Of a DNA stretch of 64,000 bases, positions 57,891 to 64,000 are shown piece by piece (within the stretch, counting starts at the first letter, position 1; each line of letters starts with the position of its first letter). A model generated the notes under the pieces. It had not been told where the DNA came from. It saw nothing but the letters and a program-made list of their open reading frames with translations, and ran no database searches. The stretch spans positions 64,001-128,000 of the IMG/VR virus record IMGVR_UViG_3300030102_006960, one strand, 5' to 3'. A program made the position numbers and the translations under genes. This DNA is from a virus.

Positions 57891-58625
57891 ATGCCACAGA
57901 TATATGAAGTAGGAGGATGTGTAAGAGATGAAATCATAGGGGTACACACCAACGATATTGATTTCACATTCGTTTTAGATAATACCGATCAAACAGTAGA
58001 TGAGGGATGGGACGAAATGTTAACCCACTTAAAAACTGAAGGGTTCAAAATATTTTTGGAAACCAAAGATTGTTTTACTGTTAGAGCTAAGTTCCCTAAA
58101 GGACATGTGAATGAAGGGTTGGTTGCAGACTTTGTAATGGCTCGTAAGGAAGTAGGTTACATCTTAGGTACTAGAAAACCTATATTAGAGTTAGGTACAT
58201 TGGAAGATGATTTAAGGAGAAGGGATTTTACTCTTAATGCATTAGCAAAAGATTTAGATGGAACTATCGTTGATTTATTTGAGGGTAGAAAACATTTAGA
58301 GGAAGGTATTTTAGTTACCCCACTAAATCCAATTAAAACTTTCTTTGATGATCCGTTAAGGATGATTAGAGCATTAAGGTTTTCAATTACTAAAGGTTTT
58401 GAGATTGATTCTGAAGTTTGGGATGCAATGTTTGAACCGGGATTAATTGAACACTTAAAGAACGTAGTATCAAAAGAAAGGATACAAGGTGAGGTTTCTA
58501 AAATGATGAAACACGATACAGTATCTACTTTAAGGTTACTGGCGAAGATTGATAAAATTGAACCTAAACTATTAGAGGTTATGTTTGGTGGTGACATATG
58601 GTTACTACCATCAACAAAGAAATAA
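57891..58625 (+). CDS. cca: CCA tRNA nucleotidyltransferase (compact class II)
   Basis: VGGCVRD, DIDF, ARKE..Y + R.P loop, RRDFTLNA, DDPLRMIRALRF, ERI; no poly(A)-polymerase GRRF signature. Confidence 0.85.
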   Translation: MPQIYEVGGCVRDEIIGVHTNDIDFTFVLDNTDQTVDEGWDEMLTHLKTEGFKIFLETKDCFTVRAKFPKGHVNEGLVADFVMARKEVGYILGTRKPILELGTLEDDLRRRDFTLNALAKDLDGTIVDLFEGRKHLEEGILVTPLNPIKTFFDDPLRMIRALRFSITKGFEIDSEVWDAMFEPGLIEHLKNVVSKERIQGEVSKMMKHDTVSTLRLLAKIDKIEPKLLEVMFGGDIWLLPSTKK

Positions 58626-58861
58626 GAGTACACAACGGACAAGGCTATGGCGAGTGAGTTGTGACATAATAAGGGTAGGAGATTAAAAAGGTTTGTTACA
58701 TTCAGATATAAAAGTGTAACAGAGGAAGTAGCGGAAGGGTACATAAGAAAACCTGAAAATTCTAGACAGTCAGGAGGCCAAAACCCTTTTTAATCGTTTG
58801 AACTAACATTATGGACAACAACAAATCGGTGGGATGCGAGTGGTTGACCAGTACTCTTATT
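58621..58861 (+). ncRNA. Candidate structured ncRNA of unknown family
   Basis: Nested helices AATAAGAGTAC/GTACTCTTATT, GTTGT-GA-CATAAT/ATTATG-G-ACAAC, GATTAAAAAGG/CCTTTTTAATC, plus two apical hairpins; G-richer than surroundings; followed by a T run. Confidence 0.7.
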
Positions 58862-58908
58862 TTTTATTTTTTTTTCTACATATTTATTTAATAGAAACCT
58901 TTTAATTT

Positions 58909-59421
58909 ATGAAAAATGTGCCAAGTAAATTTAATTTGTGCACTCGTTTGACACTGGTAATATTGGGTATACTGTCCATAATTTTATTGCCTATAATCTA
59001 CGGGTGGGAAGGTAGTTATAGTCAATACTATCAATACATACCTATTGGTTTTACTATTATTTTTTCTACGTTGTCTGTTGGTTTATATGTACATAGTAAT
59101 AATGAATGGAAAATATCTGCAATGGCATTAATATGTTTATCTATTTTTGATATGTACCGGTTTCCACTCTTACATTATAGTTGTGCAATATTCTTTTTTG
59201 TATTTGCAACATTTGCGATGTGGAATGATAAAAGAGTAAGTGGTTTTGGTAAACTTTCCTTATCTCTTTACCCACTAATATTTTTTAGTTTAATGATTTT
59301 TGAGTTGGTACAAGTTTTAATTATATGTACTTTTCATTTAATATATGTTATAAGATTACTTAACACTAAAATAGAAAAAAAATTAATTCAAGATGTTATT
59401 ATAGAAGATGGAGATATTTAA
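58909..59421 (+). CDS. Multi-pass membrane protein
   Basis: Several hydrophobic segments; SYSQY and LHY..A..FF motifs. Confidence 0.7.
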   Translation: MKNVPSKFNLCTRLTLVILGILSIILLPIIYGWEGSYSQYYQYIPIGFTIIFSTLSVGLYVHSNNEWKISAMALICLSIFDMYRFPLLHYSCAIFFFVFATFAMWNDKRVSGFGKLSLSLYPLIFFSLMIFELVQVLIICTFHLIYVIRLLNTKIEKKLIQDVIIEDGDI

Positions 59422-59713
59422 TAGTATGTTACCCAAAACGTTTTACAAACAGAATATTAAAAATAAAAATGATATATCATCTAAAGTGAAACTATATACT
59501 ATTACATATGATTACACATTAAACCCATATTTTGGTGAATATATAAAAGAATCTTATAATAAATTTGGGAACGTTATAGATAATTTAGGATTAATGAAAT
59601 TAACTGGGTATAGTAAAGATGAGGTGGAATATAATTTTCATCAGTTAATGAAGATGTATTATATATTACCTAAAAAAATAAATGAGTATAGTATAACAGA
59701 TATTACTCATTAG
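59408..59713 (+). CDS. Hypothetical protein
   Basis: Overlaps the upstream stop. Confidence 0.5.
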   Translation: MEIFNSMLPKTFYKQNIKNKNDISSKVKLYTITYDYTLNPYFGEYIKESYNKFGNVIDNLGLMKLTGYSKDEVEYNFHQLMKMYYILPKKINEYSITDITH

Positions 59714-60443
59714 TAAATCCATTCTGTAATCTATCTAAAATCTTTTTTAATTGGGCAGCCTCTTCAAAGTTTTGTATTTCTACTGCTTCTTCCTTTTGTT
59801 CCTCTAACATATCAATAATATTAGTGTTACCTAAAATCTGTATAAATTTTTCTTTAGCAGAATTTCTTCCTTTAGGATCTTTATGTATAGTTAAAATGTA
59901 TAAAATTGTACCTAATAACTCAAATAACAATATAAAAGAGTTACCCCTAAAAAATAATTCTTCCCCCCTTAAATTAGAAACAGTTCTATAAATAGACATA
60001 TTATTCGCAATAACTATAGGTATATTTTTTAACTCATTTAGGGGTATAAATTCTAAATTATATAATTGATCTTCATTCCCAATACCGTCAAAATCTACTC
60101 TAATATCTATAAAATCTTTTTCTTCATTTAGTTGGATATAATCAAATATTTTATAAGCTTTTAGGTGTTGTATTCCTTTTGTGGGGTTGACAGTTTTACC
60201 TTTTTTATCCCATTCATCTAAAAATAAATCTAAAGACGAACCCTTCATCGTTTCTTTAAAAATTATATTTAATGATTCTTTTTCTTTAATCACGTGATTA
60301 AAGAATGTTTTAAAAGTTATACCATCTTCTAATTGTACAGGACAATCTAAATAGTTTATAATTGTATCCACTTTCTCTACTTCCTTACTAACCTTATCTA
60401 TTAAGTGTAAAGATCCATTTTTTTTAAATAGTATTGTTCTCAT
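59703..60443 (-). CDS. Hypothetical protein with C-terminal UVR (UvrB/C) motif
   Basis: LEEQKEEAVEIQNFEEAAQLKKIL. Confidence 0.7.
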   Translation of the reverse strand: MRTILFKKNGSLHLIDKVSKEVEKVDTIINYLDCPVQLEDGITFKTFFNHVIKEKESLNIIFKETMKGSSLDLFLDEWDKKGKTVNPTKGIQHLKAYKIFDYIQLNEEKDFIDIRVDFDGIGNEDQLYNLEFIPLNELKNIPIVIANNMSIYRTVSNLRGEELFFRGNSFILLFELLGTILYILTIHKDPKGRNSAKEKFIQILGNTNIIDMLEEQKEEAVEIQNFEEAAQLKKILDRLQNGFTNE

Positions 60444-60444
60444 C

Positions 60445-60666
60445 TTAATTATAAATAGGCAATATTTGAGATAAATTATCTAATTTATACATTCGTCCAT
60501 TTACTGTTGCACAAATATCCCACCCAAAAAAGTCATTCCTACCTAATTTTTCTAATACACCTTCTATGTCAGTATAACCTTCAGTTGTAATTCCCTTATC
60601 TGTGTCAATATTATATACGTTTTTTAGCAATACTTTTTTGCCAACTAACTTTAACTTACGATCCAT
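60445..60666 (-). CDS. Small hypothetical protein
   Basis: Coupled to the downstream - strand gene. Confidence 0.55.
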   Translation of the reverse strand: MDRKLKLVGKKVLLKNVYNIDTDKGITTEGYTDIEGVLEKLGRNDFFGWDICATVNGRMYKLDNLSQILPIYN

Positions 60667-60825
60667 TTTATATGAAATTAATAAATAGTCTTTTCTTTTT
60701 GTACTATTTTTTTGTTTTCTATAATATAAGTATATATTATTTATTTAAAAGATATACAAAAATAGTACAAAAAATCTAATATGTCAATATTTGACTATAT
60801 TAAAAAAATAAAGTATCTTTATTAA

Positions 60826-61245
60826 ATGAATGATAAAGTAAAAGAAGCTATCATATCTTTTTTAGAAAAAAGAGATTTAATCAATGAAAATACTTATAAT
60901 GAATTATTAAGTGATAGTGAGAAATTAAAAACAATAAGAGAGGTTATAAATAATTCTCTGTTGGAGTGTAAAAGAAATATAATTAAGTCTAATATTAACC
61001 TTTTAAACGAAAGAATATTCAAAGACGATTATGAAGGTGCAATTGAAGTAATAACAAATACTAAGGATAAAACTTTTTTTTATGATTATTTAGATTCACT
61101 CAATGATTTACTACTTAAATTTCAAGATTATGAAAAGTGTTTTGAAGACGAAACAGTACATTTATCTGTTGTAAAAGATAACTTTTTTTTAAAAGATGAT
61201 CAAGTAGTTGATATATTAAACGAAATATATTTGGATAATAAATAA
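60826..61245 (+). CDS. Hypothetical protein
   Basis: After TTTG-N20-TATCTTTA (60790-60821). Confidence 0.65.
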   Translation: MNDKVKEAIISFLEKRDLINENTYNELLSDSEKLKTIREVINNSLLECKRNIIKSNINLLNERIFKDDYEGAIEVITNTKDKTFFYDYLDSLNDLLLKFQDYEKCFEDETVHLSVVKDNFFLKDDQVVDILNEIYLDNK

Positions 61246-61265
61246 TTTTTTTGTACTTTTATAAT

Positions 61266-61610
61266 ATGTTAACAGAGAAACATATTAAACATTTCGTAGA
61301 AAAAGGTAAAAGTTTTTTCGATAAATACATTTCATATACTACTAATCCTTTAGGTATACCATCAGTAATCAAAGTAAAAAAAGTTAATACAAGTATATTT
61401 CAAGTAACTGTTTTATCACCAGATCCTGTTACTTCTTCCGATGTTTCCTTTTGTGTAACCCAATCAGTAGAGAGACATTACGCTTCATTAAATATCGCTA
61501 ACTTATTAGAGTCAAATATGTACTTACCTCAAAAGGATTGTCATCAAATTGCAGAATATATCGTACAAAAAAAGTATGAACAATATATAGATTTTGTGAT
61601 GTCTTCATAG
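61266..61610 (+). CDS. Hypothetical protein
   Basis: ATG at 61266 preferred over TTG at 61251. Confidence 0.6.
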   Translation: MLTEKHIKHFVEKGKSFFDKYISYTTNPLGIPSVIKVKKVNTSIFQVTVLSPDPVTSSDVSFCVTQSVERHYASLNIANLLESNMYLPQKDCHQIAEYIVQKKYEQYIDFVMSS

Positions 61611-61637
61611 TTTTTTCATATTTATGAAAAAAAAGAC

Positions 61638-61856
61638 ATGATATATTTTATTTTTATTATCCCCACCCTTATATTTGGTTTAGTAATTTATTTACTATTA
61701 AGAAAAAAGAAGAAAAATATGAATTCTATTCACAATGATGAAAGGGTAATGAACGACTTAAAATTTTTAAGAGAACAGTTATTAACTGAAACAAATCCTA
61801 ATGTTCGTTTAGAAATAATGAAAAAGATTGAAATTATATCAAGTTTTTATAATTAA
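61638..61856 (+). CDS. Small membrane-anchored protein
   Basis: N-terminal TM followed by RKKKK. Confidence 0.6.
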   Translation: MIYFIFIIPTLIFGLVIYLLLRKKKKNMNSIHNDERVMNDLKFLREQLLTETNPNVRLEIMKKIEIISSFYN

Positions 61857-62161
61857 TGTCTAAATTACCAACTATACATATTAATAGTGAGTCTGAAGAA
61901 CAAGACTACCTTAGAAACTATAAAACACAATTACATATTAAAATTATGGATACTGTAGAATTTGCATATGATAATGATGTGAACTCAATAGAGGTAGTAA
62001 AAGTAATTAATAATTTTAGAGGTATTACATTTGTATTGTGTGTTACAAAAGATAATTGGGAAGATAGTTTAAATAAATCTTTAGATCATTTTTTAGAAGA
62101 GGAAGAGTATGAATTATGTAATAAAGTACATAAAATTTTAAAAAAAATAAGTGATGAGTAA
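61856..62161 (+). CDS. Hypothetical protein with UVR-like C-terminal helix
   Basis: F.EEEEYELC..V..I. Confidence 0.6.
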   Translation: MSKLPTIHINSESEEQDYLRNYKTQLHIKIMDTVEFAYDNDVNSIEVVKVINNFRGITFVLCVTKDNWEDSLNKSLDHFLEEEEYELCNKVHKILKKISDE

Positions 62162-62372
62162 ATTAGATTTACATGGTATAAGACATCATGAAGTACCTAG
62201 AAAAGTAGATGTATTTTTAGGTGAACATCTACAAAAAGGTACGAATGAAGTTACTATTATTACAGGTCATAGTGATAACATGAAAAAAATTGTAGATGAA
62301 GTTTTAGTAGATTATGGTTTAACATCTGAATATGGATTTTTATCTAAGGCAGAATTAATAGTTAAACTTTAA
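62151..62372 (+). CDS. Stand-alone Smr domain protein
   Basis: LDLHG...IITG.S..MKKIV. Confidence 0.8.
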   Translation: MMSKLDLHGIRHHEVPRKVDVFLGEHLQKGTNEVTIITGHSDNMKKIVDEVLVDYGLTSEYGFLSKAELIVKL

Positions 62373-62438
62373 TAACATTTATTTGACAAAACTCTACTAA
62401 GTTTAAAAAATGTTTGGTTATTTATATATAAACTATAT

Positions 62439-63023
62439 ATGAAAAACACCGAACTATTAAATGATCTAAATAATTATATGAAAAATTTTAGATCAGAAGA
62501 CACTGTAAGTACTAAAAAAAGTAAGTACAAATATTCTTTAAAATCTGTAGCATTTACTTATGGTAGTACACCACAAGAAACATTTCAAAGTTTATTAAAT
62601 AATTTAAAAATAAAACCTAAAAGATTAGTGGTGGTGGGTTCCAGTATTGGTTGGATTAATTTTTATTGGAATGAGTTATATCCTAATATTGAAACTATTG
62701 GTATTGACATACATTCTTTTCGCGTTAATTTTGCAAAAAAAATGGTGGACAAGTTTAATCTAAAAAATATTACTTTCTCGGAAACCTCTTTTTATGATTT
62801 TGAATTTTCTGAGGGGGATTTAATATGGCAAAGTAATTTGTGTTTTAATGGTAAAGATGTTTGTAATGCAAACGAAGATTTACTAAAAAAAACGCCTAAA
62901 GTAAGTATAATTAGTTATAGACCGATTAGTAAGAATAAAGAACATAGAAAATATATTACCCCACATTACTATCCTGTAAGTTGGATGGAAAAACAATCTT
63001 TCTATATCTATGAAAAAATATGA
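62439..63023 (+). CDS. Class I SAM-dependent methyltransferase
   Basis: TYGST, VVGSSIG, GIDI, SFYD, SNLCF, VSW (DOT1-like layout). Confidence 0.65.
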   Translation: MKNTELLNDLNNYMKNFRSEDTVSTKKSKYKYSLKSVAFTYGSTPQETFQSLLNNLKIKPKRLVVVGSSIGWINFYWNELYPNIETIGIDIHSFRVNFAKKMVDKFNLKNITFSETSFYDFEFSEGDLIWQSNLCFNGKDVCNANEDLLKKTPKVSIISYRPISKNKEHRKYITPHYYPVSWMEKQSFYIYEKI

Positions 63024-63981
63024 TATAACATACATTTCTTCTAATATTTCTTTTTTATTAGATTGTTATATTAATTCATTCAAAGACTTAAACCTTTGTT
63101 TAATCGATAAAGAAGATAATTTAGGAGGTGCTTGGCAAATATCAGACGCTAGAGTACATTTGCAATGGGTTGGTGAAGAAAATAAAAAATATATTGACAT
63201 TATAAATAATGACTTAAAAAAAGTTGATAGTAAGTTTGAAATAAAAGGACCACTACCATATGTTTATACAATAACAGAAAAAATATATACTACTTTTTCC
63301 CTTTATCACATCAATTTAGGTTCTAATTTATTTATGAAAGAGCTAATAGAAAAAATTAAAAGTAGATCTAACGTTGATATAATCAAAGATGACATTAAAG
63401 AAGTTAAATTAAAAAATAATGTTTTTAATATTATTGGTGAGGAAAAATATATATCTAATAAATTATATTTAACTAATAATTTAAAATTAGATAAAATAAG
63501 TTTAAATTATGTAAACTATAGACTTAAGTATTTGGATAGAAAATATAGACACCTTTTCATAAAAGTTAAATCTACACAAATAAAACCATTAAATGTTTTA
63601 ATATGTCAAGCTAATGGGTTTAAGTGGGATGACAACATGATATTTGATGATTACAATAAACAGAAAATTCATAAAAATTTAGATAAATCTTTAAATTTTT
63701 TAGTAAATGTCTCTTCGTTATATGATACCGAAAAAAACACACAATTTTTTTCTTGTAGAATAAAGAATGACAGTTTTGTTAAACATTTCAAAAACTATTT
63801 AATATATAATAAAATAACTAATAAAGATGTAGAAATAGAGATATTAGAAGATGATGAGTACACCCAACATAGACTTATTAATGTATATACAATACCAAAA
63901 ACTAAAAATTTAGAAGTATTTACAAAAATGAACTATTTTTATTATTTGATGAAGTTAAATGAATTAAGAAATGAACATTAA
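63010..63981 (+). CDS. FAD/NAD(P)-binding oxidoreductase-like protein, degenerate Rossmann motif
   Basis: YDITYISSNIS (GxGxxG lost) and LIDKEDNLGGAW. Confidence 0.5.
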   Translation: MKKYDITYISSNISFLLDCYINSFKDLNLCLIDKEDNLGGAWQISDARVHLQWVGEENKKYIDIINNDLKKVDSKFEIKGPLPYVYTITEKIYTTFSLYHINLGSNLFMKELIEKIKSRSNVDIIKDDIKEVKLKNNVFNIIGEEKYISNKLYLTNNLKLDKISLNYVNYRLKYLDRKYRHLFIKVKSTQIKPLNVLICQANGFKWDDNMIFDDYNKQKIHKNLDKSLNFLVNVSSLYDTEKNTQFFSCRIKNDSFVKHFKNYLIYNKITNKDVEIEILEDDEYTQHRLINVYTIPKTKNLEVFTKMNYFYYLMKLNELRNEH

Positions 63982-64000
63982 AAAAGGATATAACATACCA

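Noticed and set aside
1186-58744. Many short antisense or nested ORFs in the track (e.g. 3213-3698, 9830-10315, 25134-25322, 37227-37421, 58157-58744)
   Set aside because: They shadow well-supported genes or RNA elements on the opposite strand or frame and have F/L/I/S-rich antisense composition.
58621-58861. RNase P RNA or SRP RNA identity for the structured element (GAGGAAG after a hairpin; CAGG and AGTAGC present)
   Set aside because: No AAGUCC/GGCUUA P4 pairing or ACAnAA 3' conserved region for RNase P; the SRP CAGG-GNRA-AGCA elements are in the wrong order.
7451-61625. T4-type late promoter TATAAATA
   Set aside because: The recurrent motif is oriented as ATATTTAT on the coding strand, the reverse of the T4 orientation, for genes on both strands.
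1-64000. Stop-codon reassignment, as in some large Bacteroidota phages
   Set aside because: Conserved genes are full length under the standard code, and TAG and TGA both end genes cleanly (e.g. 25191, 32598).
1-64000. Bacterial chromosome or eukaryotic giant virus origin
   Set aside because: Housekeeping genes are isolated from their usual operons among many orphans, and sigma-70, tmRNA, bS21 and bacterial promoters/terminators argue against a eukaryotic virus. No virion hallmark gene is in the window, so phage identity remains an inference.

Overview
Very AT-rich, densely coding, mostly + strand window read with the standard bacterial code. It looks like part of a large (jumbo-type) dsDNA phage genome infecting a Bacteroidota host. 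Host evidence: repeated TTTG-N19-20-TAnnTTT(G/A) promoters, leaders without Shine-Dalgarno sequences, and Bacteroidota-type sigma factor, bS21, Hc1 and tmRNA tag. Recognisable genes: Mre11/Rad50 and a PD-(D/E)xK exonuclease, an RpoD-like sigma, cell-wall hydrolases, proteostasis genes (trxA, dnaJ, clpP, two FKBP/SlyD), two DNA methyltransferases, tmRNA, ferritin, bS21, a CCA-adding enzyme, Smr and RNA-repair-type enzymes. No capsid, terminase, integrase, tRNA or CRISPR array is visible here. Most notable unexplained structure: (1) a TROVE/Ro60-related VWA gene (DUF2828-like) followed by a boxA-like element and two tandem structured ncRNA candidates that share a bulged terminal helix, suggesting a phage Ro/Y-RNA-like RNP; (2) a ~240-nt pseudo-symmetric structured RNA right after the CCA-adding enzyme gene; (3) about ten acidic paralogues sharing an N-terminal domain, plus recurring [IL]-x-E propeptide/linker motifs that separate enzyme modules in genes preceded by ATATTTAT, suggesting protease-processed capsid cargo; (4) an ORF that reads into the tmRNA; (5) a gene whose 5' and 3' UTRs are perfectly complementary. 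All family assignments come from motif recognition by eye; no searches were run.
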